From the human T2T-CHM13v2.0 reference genome, Homo sapiens, in assembly GCF_009914755.1 (NCBI RefSeq), contig NC_060936.1: a DNA stretch of 64,000 nucleotides, one strand, 5' to 3'. Below, in pieces: positions 1 to 13,348 of the stretch (the stretch's first letter is position 1; each line of letters begins with the position of its first letter). Made by a program: the position numbers and the translations under genes. The notes beneath the pieces are model-generated. The model worked only from the letters and a program-made list of their open reading frames with translations. It was not told the DNA's origin and did no database searches.

Positions 1-300
1 TTTTTATTGCCAGCTTAAATGCCGAATATAGAGACTTAACCTAAAACATTCTGAAGATAACAGCAAACAATACCTAATAGCACTGAAGAGTTTGTAAGTA
101 TGTTCACTGCTACTAGCTCATTTGATCCCGTAAATAACATTGTATGACTGCTGGAACACTGGCTAGGTGAGACTATTAGAGCTTAGATAAATTAATTCAT
201 ACGCTGTGAAAGCAAATCTTAAACATATTCTTCCCACCACACTGTAATATCTTCATGATAAACAGTCGTATTTATATCTTCAGCACTAAGGTATTTACTT

Positions 301-689
<389 letters not shown>

Positions 690-800
690 TAAGATAGTGA
701 TTGACTCATATTCTACATTTCATATAGAGCCAAGTACCACTGATCTATTAGCACGAAATTTTAAGAACACATTCTCCAGCATAAAGTTGTTTAGAAATAA

Positions 801-1076
<276 letters not shown>

Positions 1077-3255
1077 TTTTTTGAGGCTTTCAATAAACAA
1101 ACCCAAATCTAATGTGTTATGAAAGTGAGAGCAAAGGATTTCAAGTTCCATCCACACCCACCAAAGGCCGGCCTTCCCACTTCACCCCCAAACTCCCAGA
1201 TGATCATCATAGCCCTCCTCCTAGCTGCTCTAACTTCTCACTCTTGTCCAAGCATGACTGGTTCTTTCAGATGACAGGGCCTTTGAAGATTACATTTCAC
1301 CTAGAATTTCCCTCTCCCTCACTGTACCTGGAATTCTTTTATTCAAAAAGCTCAAATATCTTTCTGTTGTGAGGCTAAGTTATTCATTCATCTTGGGAGC
1401 TCCCATTACACTATATCCATCATTTATTCAACAGACTAAAAAAAGTCTCTCTCCTATATTAGGCCATTAGAGGCTTCAGGACAGGAGGAGCACTTCTTAT
1501 CCATCTTTCCATCTCTAGTATTAAATACAAGACTAGTATGCAGAAAGTGTCAAGAAACTCTTTTGAATGAATGACTGAATTATTTCCACACCAACTGATG
1601 ACTCCAAAAGTATAACCTCACACCTGTACCTTGGCAGCAGCCTCATAACTAGGTTTCCTAAATCTACCCAAGAGGCGAGAGCCCCAGTTAGTTCTGGGCA
1701 TCACTGCCGTAGTGATCTTTGACTCCTGTCATGGCACACTCTGCTAAAAAAATAATAAATTCCCTTTGCCTGTAGACAGAAGTTGGACTTGAATTCATAG
1801 ACCATTGGAATCTGGCTTCAGCCTCTCATGTACATCATCACTGTAGTCTTAATCCTCCCTGATCCTACCCCCTCCTGGTCTACACTCTGCCTCCCATATC
1901 CACCTGTGTCCACCTGAGTCCCATCAATTCTTCAAAACTCAGCATGTCTCACATTGTGCATGAGTCAGCCTCAGGATACTCAGGAAAATCTCTCCTATAG
2001 AGGTTCCCAGGACTAATATTTTGTATTTCTCATTCAATACCTATATTACATCAATTAAATGATGAAACATGAAAATGACTAGCACAACCAGACATTTAAC
2101 AAATGGTTGTACATAGTTTAGTGAGGTGGAATAAGATAAGCCTGTTTTTTTTTTAAAGTAGATCTAGGAATAAGATGAGTAAAAATCAGCATGAAACAGA
2201 AAAATTTAGCCTCTCTGTATATATACCTATCCCTATTAATACAAATCACATGATGACTATATACTTGTAAACACAGAGACACTCATTTGAAAATCAGCAT
2301 TACCAAAGAGAAAATAATGAAAGTTTTCAGGTTCCTAGGGAGGTATATTCTCTTGAAGGAGATAAATTTTCATAGGCTCAGAAACTAATTTTCTTTCTCT
2401 TATTTGTACCTGCAGAAACACATATAATTAATGATTTAATTTTTATCTATCTATGAAGTATATATATCCCTCTGTATAAATTAATACATTGGTATTTGGT
2501 TTATAATAAATATCTTTTTATGCTAACTAAGAGTCCCTTCCCTAGAGCCCAGTGAATTTCAGCTCAGTTCAATAAACATTTACTGAATATTTACTATGTT
2601 CTGCGCCCTTCCTAGATCTAAAAATGAGTAAAAGGTCAATGACATTCAGGAGTTCCAAAATGAATGAGAGGAGATAGAAGAGTAAGCAAGTAGTTGAATA
2701 TAATATGGTGAGTATAAAAATGGAGCTTTGTAGAAACTATTATGAAAAGACAAAGGAACAGAGTTTCCATGATTCATGAGCAGAGATTTACAGGATGAAC
2801 AGGAGCTGGACCAGAATCCCTGGATAGGGTAGGGAGACACTACAGGCAAAAAAGAGCATAAGAATGAAAAAAAAAAAAAAAAACTAGAAACATGACAAAG
2901 CAAGATATGGTTGGTTTATAAGCTTGGGTTTTATACAAAGTGGAGTCGGGGGCAACACTAGTTAGAAGAATCTTGAAAAGAATGCATGGATTGGGTACTA
3001 CAAGCCATGATAAAGAATTTAATTTTTTTTTCCCTGTAGGAAATAGACAGTCTTGAAACATTTTACTAGTGGCATGCCCAGATAAGTTTTCTAGACAGAT
3101 CATTCTGATGGCTAAGTTCACTTACTATATATTTACTGATAAGCCAGGATTTAACTAAGCAATTTTCAAAAAAGGATATTTTTTGTTTGCTTGAAGTGTA
3201 GTGAGTAAATCTCACTATGTTCATGAAGTAAGATTTAAAAATATTAGCAAAGAAG

Positions 3256-3390
3256 ACAGGTATGGTGACTCACACCTGTAATCCCAGCACTTTGGGAAAC
3301 TGAGGCAGGTGGCTCACTTGAGGTCAGGAGTTTGAGACCAGCCTGGCCAACATGGTGAAACCTCATCTCTACTAAAAATAAAAATAAACT
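3256..3390 (+). mobile_element. AluS-like left monomer only, followed by (TA)n
   Basis: ...CACACCTGTAATCCCAGCACTTTGGG...CTCTACTAAAAATA with no right monomer. GCAAAGAA occurs both before the element (3247) and at 3548, as a possible TSD. Confidence 0.9.
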
Positions 3391-3405
3391 ATATATATAT
3401 ATATG

Positions 3406-3535
3406 CTTCTCTGAGCATCAAGTTTTAAATCTGCAAAATGAGAATAACACCAATTCCACTAACCTGTCAAGATTTTGGTTAGGATCAAATGGTATTTGCT
3501 GCCAGATGCTGAAACTGTTCGTCACTATAATGCAA
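3406..3535 (+). repeat. 130-bp dispersed direct duplicate of 4899-5028
   Basis: Ungapped manual alignment with 6 mismatches in 130 bp. Confidence 0.95.
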
Positions 3536-3664
3536 ATATATACATATGCAAAGAAAAGGGCAAGCAGCGATAGAACTTTATCATTAATATTAACTATCGA
3601 AACATCTCTGCCATCTTTGTCAACACTACAATATATTAGGAAAAAAAAAAGTTATCCTCATGAT

Positions 3665-4410
3665 TACTCATTAGAGAAATGCAAATCAAAACCACAGTGA
3701 GATGCCACTTCACACCCACTAGGATGACTGTAATCAAAAAAGACAAATAACAAGTGTTTACTAGGACATGGAAAAATTGAAAACCTCATACGTTGCTTGT
3801 GGGAATGCAAAATAATACAGCCACTTTGGAAGCAGTCTGGCCAGTCCTCAAAAACCTAAATACAGTTATCATATGACCTAGCAATTCCACAGATAGGTGT
3901 ATATCCAAGAGAAGTAAACGCTTATGTCTATCCTAAAATTTGTACACAAGTGTTCATAGCATCATTATTTATATAGCCCCAAAATGTTAACAATACCTAT
4001 CAACTGATGAATAGATAAACAAAATGTGGTATATCCATATTATTATTTGCTATAAAAAGAAATGAAGTACTGACACATACTACAACTTAGATGAACCTTG
4101 AAAATTTGCTAAGTGAAAGAAGCCAGTCATAAAGAACCACATATTCATATATGAAATATACAGAATACATAAACCTATAGAAACACAAAGTAGATTAATG
4201 GTTGCCTAAATGTGGGACAGCTTGGGGGGTTAGGGGGTGATGGCTAAGGAGTGCAAGGTTTCTTTTTAGGGTGACGAAAATGTTCTAAATTTGATTGTGG
4301 CGATGGTTGCATAGCTCTGTGAATACACTAAAAGCCAAGTGATTGTACAATTTAAATGGATGAGTTGAATGGTGCATGAATTACATCTCAATAAAGTTGT
4401 TTTTATTAAA
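3665..4410 (+). mobile_element. L1M (L1MB-like) 3' fragment
   Basis: GAAATGCAAATCAAAACCACAGTGAGAT (ORF2 end) through the 3'UTR ending ATCTCAATAAAGTTG. Confidence 0.88.
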
Positions 4411-4819
4411 AAATCAAATCTTTAACAATATTTTCAAAATTTTATTTCCTCTTTCTTCATGAAGCCAGATGGTATCCTTCCCAGTACAGAATGTACTATG
4501 ATAATGAAGTGCCAGAAAAATAGCAACATTGATTCTGCTACTGGCAGTTCTTTTTTTCTAGAGAAAGTAAACTTCCAGTTGTTCAGCAGAAAACAATTTA
4601 TTTCTATGATATCTAAAAAATAAGAGAACAGAAACTTTGACCCATCTGGCATAAAAGGTGAACTATAATGTTTCTACAACATCAAAATCTAAATTGCTTT
4701 TCTGTCAATCGATTTCATCTTCCATCTGTCTTAATCCAATCACTACTGTAAAAATTATCAAAAATTATGGCTGTTAGATTATAAACGCTTGAAAGCAGAA
4801 CCATGAGGAAGAAAGGAGT

Positions 4820-4990
4820 TAGCTTTTGAATAAGAAGATTTGAATCTAATCTCTGCCAAGGCCAAGTAATAGCCATGTGGTCTCAGGCAAATATTTAACT
4901 TCTCTAAGCATCAAGTTTTTAATCTGCAAAATGAGAATAATACCAATTCCACTAACCTGTCAAGATTTTGGTTAGGATCAAATGGTATTT
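4820..4990 (+). mobile_element. MIR remnant
   Basis: MIR core-like GGCAAATATTTAACTTCTCTAAGCATCAAGTTTTTAATCTGCAAAATGAGAATAATA. Confidence 0.65.
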
Positions 4991-5944
4991 GCTACCAGAC
5001 GCTGAAACTGTTCATCACTATAATGCAAGACCAGTAAATCTGGGACACTGGGTATTGTAGTATAAAATTTAATATTAGAAACTTGAGGTAGAGTTTCAGA
5101 AGCAATAAAAGCCAAAAAGGGAAATAAAACAAATTTAAAATATTCAAATTATTTGAAGACTGGGGACATCTAATGTGAAGATATATAAAAATATGAGTAT
5201 GGAAAAGAAATTTTACATGATATATTTAGACCCACATTTTCCTTCAGATTTTTCCTTAAGATTTTTGAAACATATTGCTATAAAAGTGATGAGTTATCTA
5301 TTGTTATAATTATGAATAAGTTATCAATTGTTGACAATTACAGAGTCTAAAGTTAATGCTAAGGTAGCACTTCAATTTTTATTTGCTTATAACCACATTC
5401 CTATTAGCCCAGGAGTCAGATGAGATAAATATACTGATAAGGATACTAGATAACAGAAGACAATAACAGAGAAAATTCACCTAAAAAAAAGGAAACATGT
5501 TTGCATGTGTACATAATTAAATGTGTATTCATGCAAAGAATAAATTGGGTTCAAAACAATCTGGTTGTTAATACTTTGGTCTATATATCAACGGGAGTTA
5601 GTTTTCCCATACTCTTATTTTATTTTTTCATCCCTAGGCAATCCAGTATTGCCAGAAAAATAAACATGAGCATGCTAATTGGCTTTACTGCAAATATATG
5701 TCTTCAGCTTCAGCTGGGATTCCATGGTTACTTGGAAATCATGTGTTGTCCCTAGTCTTTTCCTTCTCATGCTTCCCACAGCAGCAATACACTTTAAATC
5801 TTTTTTTCTCTAGTCTTCTGCCCTACCATCTTGAAGCATCATTCTTGCCAATAAAGAAAACAGATAACACAGAATGTTGATTTTCCTTCAGCCTCTCTTA
5901 CAACATCGATAGTAGCATCCATCTTTTACTCAATTCATCAGAAC

Positions 5945-6160
5945 AGCAACTAACAATGTGATTCTTCATTTATTATCTGCCATGTGCCAAGTGCTACGCT
6001 AAACACTTTACATATAATAAGTAATTTGGATCCCACAATAATCTTATAAGTATTTCTGGTTCTACTTTATAGAAAAGTGAAGCTCAGAGGGGCTAAATGA
6101 TTTGTTTGGGGTTCTTATCTAATCAATGGTAAAAAACAGATTTGAATCCAGGTCTGTCTA
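5945..6160 (-). mobile_element. MIR remnant
   Basis: CCATGTGCCAAGTGCT...AGCTCAGAGGGGCTAAATGATTTG...GATTTGAATCCAGGTCTGTCT. Confidence 0.65.
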
Positions 6161-6720
6161 TGATGTCTCCTTGCCTCTGCAAGGGGGTTTCAGGCTTGTC
6201 CCAACACCTCCGCTTTTACACGGGCACACCACATTCATAAATGTATTGTCACTACTGTGAGATCTTTCTCTTTCCTAACCAGGACTGAGAAAAGATTTCT
6301 TAATTGTTATGCGTAAGTGAAAAATGTGATTTATGCAACTATACATGCTATGCATTTGAATATATCTATATTACTTACATTAATAAAAATTTTTAACAAA
6401 ATATAAATTGATGATTTAGAACTTCTTAAAGACATGTAAGTTGAAAGACTGACTTCCATTGCATTTACAAGAAAAACTCAAAATACCAGGTTATACTGAA
6501 AACAGTTATCGTCTTTCCTCTTTCTCTTCATCTACTGAGTAGAAAAAAAAAAAAGAAGAAAGAAACTTCCTGCTTCAGTTTAGCAACATCTGCAGACACA
6601 ACAACCGTTTTTAAAAACTGTGTCCTCCCCTTAATGGTCCTTACAAATGTAGGCCCTCATTAGCTTCAAGAGTTTTCTCACATGACTTTTAATTAAAACT
6701 TCACCCATTTAGGTCTTTAA

Positions 6721-7107
<387 letters not shown>

Positions 7108-7933
7108 ACACCCTTTTTTCTTCTACTGTTGAGGATTAACATCAACACTGTAAAAGCCATGCAAACAAGGGTTTGAGTTTATATTGTTGAATATTCTATT
7201 CCCCAGTATCTACAGAGAAGTAAATACTGAATAAATATTTGTTCTAATAAGTAGAGGCAAGAAAACAAGATAGGCAATATTGTATAACCTCTAATGCCTT
7301 TTAATAAAATTTCTCTGGAACAGTTACATGAGTACTATAAAGATATCAAAATCCAGAGCCCATAATATCTTTTAAGCTTTAACATAAGATTTTGTTTTAA
7401 TAATAGTTTGTATTTATTTTAAAGCAGTTTTAAAACCACTTTTGTCATTTATTGATTCAAAATAAGCCAAATATCAAGGAATAATTTGTATACTTTAAAC
7501 TCATGTATATCTTTTTATAGAGGTATATTTTTATCTTTAAACACTACGTTTCTTTCAGATCAAAATGTAGCTTCCAGAATGCAAAAAGGATGTTAGTTAT
7601 ATCTGTAGTTCATAAACAGCTTGTCAATCATTGTAGAATTCATGAACTCCATACATATTTATCACTGCATTCATTTTTAAACAAATATTGCAAAAGATTG
7701 CACACAGTGTGAGAAATGTCACCTAAATGCTAAAAAAGCCCTGTAAATATCAATTCTTAATGGTAGGTTCCTTGTCTATCATCAAAATAAATATCAGCTT
7801 CCTGTCCACTCTCAGTTTTGCTGAATGTCACCTACTTATAAATTAGCAATAATGATTCAAAACACACAGCTATATTTTGACTATGATTTCTCAATTTTTC
7901 TCCCCTTCCCCAAAATCAAGATTTGAAAAATTA

Positions 7934-8152
<219 letters not shown>

Positions 8153-8729
8153 TCAAGATTTCTGTTGCAATAAATACTAATGCTAGATTTAGGCATACAC
8201 TTACATATATGGGCTTGGTTTTCTACTTTAAGCAAAGGTTTACCACATATTTAAGATTTTGTTCATAACTAATTTGGGGCTACTGCAGACAAGTAAAAAT
8301 GTATGTGAGATATCATTTTTCTTATTATCACTTGAAAGCCTACAAATGAAAGCACCCCTAAAGACCTAAGATAATTTCAGAGTGCATATAAGTATGCTTT
8401 ATAACTTCTTGAGGACTAAAAATAGCAAAAAAAGTTCTCTAGATAGAATGATTACTGAAATATTTTTAGTCTATATGGAAATGTAATCAGACAATAGTGA
8501 GAATAAAAAATTATCTTAGGATACATATTAACTATTCAAAGACATAGTTAGATGCCAGTAGATTTACTAAACTTTTAATTGGTTTACTAATAAGAAATTC
8601 ATATAATAAATCACCTTATTCAATTGGCTAGGTATACATTTCAGAATAAAAGAGTTTTACAGCTAAGGTGTATTTGATTATATTAGCTTTAAATTTTTTT
8701 CTATCTGAAATTAATGCAGTATTCTCTAT

Positions 8730-8900
8730 GGCAGTAGTTCTAACTTCACTGATAACCAGAATTACTCATGTGACTTTTTTCTTTAAATAAAATTGCTCTT
8801 ACCTCACCCACCTCCGACCTACTAAATAGAAAACTACAGAGGTGGGGGATGAGATTGTCCTTTTAAAATTCTCCAGAGTGATCTTGACACTTACTGTGTA
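8730..8900. mobile_element. MER5-like hAT-Charlie remnant
   Basis: Degenerate similarity (GTAGTTCT...CCAGAATTACTC...GACCTACTAAATAGAAAACT...GTGATCTTGA). Confidence 0.4.
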
Positions 8901-10669
8901 TTTAAAAACCTAAAGTTGTATAGTACAGAACTTTAAGCCAATCCAAATGATTTCTTAAAGTCTCACCCTCTTGTGGCCCCTGCAATTTCCATGTATGTCT
9001 GATTATTTAGCCTATTTTAGTATTTAGTATTATTTAGCCTGTTATAGTATTCAGCCTTACCCAAAGGTTGGACAGATACTGATTTGCTGTATCTAATCAA
9101 TACTTACCAAAGCCTCCATAAAAAAAAAAAGATTGCCTAAAAAATTTAATGTTTATATCTCTAGATACTATAAATCAATCCTTAGATTAAGCCAGAACAT
9201 CAATAAAATGAATAAAACAGATCTATACAGAATTGCTTTTAACTAATTGCTTTTTAACGAATTTATGATGGCAAAAAAACAGCTTGTGTTGAAGGAATCA
9301 GTACTAAGAAACCTGTTGCTGTGTTTTCTGTACAAGTGCTGTTGAAGGTGCTATTTATTACATTCCATACAGCAAGTGACATTTCTCTATGGTCTCAGTA
9401 ACTGCAATAGTTGTGGTTTTCTACAGGTGATTTTTGTTAGTTGATGGCTATTATAAATTGCAGCTTTTTTTCATTTCCCTTTTTATGTACACAGTCAGAA
9501 AGGCCCACCTCCATCCAATGTTTTGGACTTCAAGGTATTATTTTGTGACCCAAACTCTCTCCTAATGCCATAACAGTTGTAATTTATCCTATTATAAGTG
9601 TATTTTTCCTCTATTTTTATTTGCTTTGTTACATCTTTGAACAAGGCAAATAAATACATAGATGAACAGATAGGCAAGATTTATTTAAGTAATACATATT
9701 TATTTGGGAAAATTCACTGTATTATTGCATAACTACTGATAAGTAGTTATTAAATTTGCACACAAGTCAAACCATTAAGTCTCAGAACTAGATACTAATT
9801 TCCACCAATGTTGTTTGCTACTGTAGTGCCTGTCAATAATCTTACGACTTTGAGTTTCATAGAATAATAAGCATGTGCTAATAGACACAGTATTAACAGT
9901 CTTCACAATTAAATCATCACCTAAGCAGCTGAAGTTTCCATTTGACTGCTAATCAATTTAATAACACAGACCACCCTGAAATGCCCTCATCTAACTTGGA
10001 AAGAGGAAACAAACATCTGCTGCAAATGTTGACACGGGATTTGTATATTCTCTTTAGTTCTTTTACTATTAGAACATCTCAAACTTTCATAATTCAAACA
10101 ATAATTTACAACTTGGATTTCTTTTTCTGCTATGGTCTGACTATAAACAGGAATTTGGTTGTTCTCTTTAGACAGAGATCTTTATTTAGCCATGTAGCCC
10201 CAGATTTGAGCATGGGAAATCAGGACTGTGGTTTTAGGCAACACATGCTCATAAAAAACACATAGATTTTACTTGACAGAAATGCAGGTATGTCCTCAGA
10301 CCCTGATAAAGTTCGATTATTTAAAACAAACACCAGAGCTTTGAAAGTAATACGTACTGACAAAGGGTAAAGATTGAAGACAGACTCATTGGATTTGGAG
10401 TTGGAAAGAACCATGAAAGACCTTCTGTCCAATGAGTGCTCTGGCTGACTTAACACTGCAACAACTACCTACATTCAGCAGATATTTTATAGGGACTAAT
10501 AATCTTATTTAATCCTCAGGATATCCCTTTAAAGGGCATGTAATTATCTCCATTTTTCATACCTCAGGTCACATGATGAGTAGGTAGAAGAATCAGAATT
10601 TAAAGCAGACAGCAAGATTCTAAAACCCAATTTTGATGGCACAAACTATATTGACGGATCATCATAAGT

Positions 10670-10895
10670 AAGGGAAGGCTCTGGAACCAGTGGGTTTCAA
10701 TTCCAGCCTTGCCACTTATCAGCTGGTTAAGTTTGGACAACTTACTTGACTTTTCTGGGTCTAAAGTTCCTCATCTATAAAATAGGAAGAATAAAAGTAA
10801 CTACTTCATAGGAGTTGAGAGGATTCAATGAGTTAAGTAAAGCACTTAAAATTGTGCCTGGCTTACAGAAGGTAGTCAATAAGATCAGCAATTAT
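10670..10895 (+). mobile_element. MIR remnant
   Basis: GGGTTTCAATTCCAGCCTTGCCACTTATCAGCTG...CTCATCTATAAAATAGG...AAAGCACTTAAAATTGTGCCTGGC. Confidence 0.75.
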
Positions 10896-11289
10896 TTTTA
10901 TTCTTATTATCATCTCTAGTTATGAGGCATCCCAATTCTTTCTATAGTAGGTGACAGGATTATAAGGATGAGTACAAACAAATAAAATAGGGTCCCTGCT
11001 ATGAAGGAAAGTACACACAAGACCTACTCACAAAAGCATACAATCAAGTAAATAACTTCAAAATAACATGGTAAGGGTCATAATAAAGCTATACACTGGA
11101 TTCTACTGTGGCAAGCTGACAATGACCAGGTGGTAGTTGGAAAGGTTGGGCAGACAATTCTGCACAGAACATGAGCTTAAATCTTTATATGAAATGACAC
11201 GGGGTTTTCTGAGAGATAAATAGAAAATGTGAGGCGGAATATGTGTGCAGATAAGATGGGAGAGACAGAGGGCGCCTAAGTCATGGAAG

Positions 11290-12150
11290 CAGCATCCATT
11301 AATCAGTGAGTATTCATCAGACACTGGATCTGAGCTGGGCACTGTGTTTAGCACTTTGGAGATAGTGCTGTAGGAGAGAGACATGAGCTCTGTTCTCGTG
11401 GAGCTTAGGGTCTGCTAGTCGAGTGGGATGGGTATTGCCAAAGGGGAAGTGTGAGGAACATCAGACTATAGCAAAGGGACCGGCCCAGCCTGAAGAGTCA
11501 GAGGGGCCTTGGATAGAAGTCATATTTAAGCTGAGATGTAGTGAATAAGTAAGTGAGAGTAGGTTGGAGATAGGGGAGAGTTGGGAGGTACTGCAGACAA
11601 TCAGATCAGCTTAGGTAAGGGCCTTCAGGCAGGACGAAAAGCATCCTGCTGAGGAAGGGGTGGCGGACTACTTTTAGAGAAATGGGCAAGGATCAACCAC
11701 AGTGTAAAGGATCTTAAAGGCCAAATTAAGGGCTTAGTGCGCAGAAGCCTCTGAATAGGGTAGAAGAGGAAGATGCATGATCAGGTTCAATGATCAGGAT
11801 CAACTAGATCATTCTAGTTGGAGTACGGAAAATTGATTGCAGGGAAGCAACACGTACAGTGACAGCAATGGTGATGGACTGAAATGAAGAGATTTGAGAA
11901 TTATGTCTTTGGTATCTAGGTTAAAGAGAATATGAATAGGATGTGAAGGATAAAGAGAGAAGGAAGCTGAGGATGATGTTTTGATGTCAGGAAAAAGCAA
12001 CTAGGAGCATGATGGGCACTTTGTACAAAGATAGGGAGGGAAAAAATGAAGTTTGAGTACAAGATAATAAGGTCAGGTCATAGATGGAATTGAGTCAGAG
12101 GCACTTTGTGAAATATAGAAGTAGATAGTAAGTGGCCTGCTTGATGGTGT
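11290..12150 (-). mobile_element. L2 3' fragment
   Basis: Reverse-oriented L2 3' end (CTGAGCTGGGCACTGTGTTTAGCACTTTGGAGATAG...CTCGTGGAGCTTA) followed by the purine-rich L2 body. Confidence 0.65.
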
Positions 12151-12904
12151 GCTGGGAATACAGATTATTTACATGTGAGTGGTCCCACCCCCTCCCTGTT
12201 TCCCCTACCCAATAAGGTCTTCGCCAGAATAACCTGTCTCCTCCTTTATCCTCAAGGGAGAATTTGGTCTTTGTCAGTCTAGTTCTTGAGCTTTTATCAT
12301 GCTAAGCAAAAAAAGGGTGGAGAAAAGAAAACATGGGCAAATCATGAGGTATATTGGGAGAAGTTAAGACCAAAAAAGACAAAAAACAGTTGTGAGTGAG
12401 AGTCTCGGGGTGAGTCTGGGGAAAATGGGAGCCTGTAACAAAGGGAGTAACCCTTGAGCAGGGAAGTGAGGAGATGACAGCGATTTTAAGAAATAATGCT
12501 GATTTGTAAGCTACATGCTATTATATTCTTCAAGAGAAATAAGTTAAGAGCAGTTCTGCCTTACTATTGCTTTTAGTTGCTGGACTATATTTCTTCAAAT
12601 GCAACATCAAACTGACATTCGGCCAGGTAGGGCTTGGGAGTTACACAACTAGGTGGAGCTCAAAGGATGGTACTATGGGGACAATGCGCATAACTGAAAC
12701 TACGGAAATGGATAAGATCACTCAATGGCATACGAGAAGAATGCTTAGAATAGAATCCTGAAACAGTCCAACAATTAAGGGACTAGGAGGGGGAACTGAG
12801 AAGGTTCATGACGAGCAAATATCTACCTTACCTTTCAATACTATGTTATTTTTAAAGGCTTTCTATGTTATCATTTTGTCTTATCATGTAAAATCATCCT
12901 ATCA

Positions 12905-13348
<444 letters not shown>

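Noticed and set aside
12646-12661. CTCF-like CAACTAGGTGGAGCTC
   Set aside because: Mismatches at core positions and no supporting CpG context; too weak without data.
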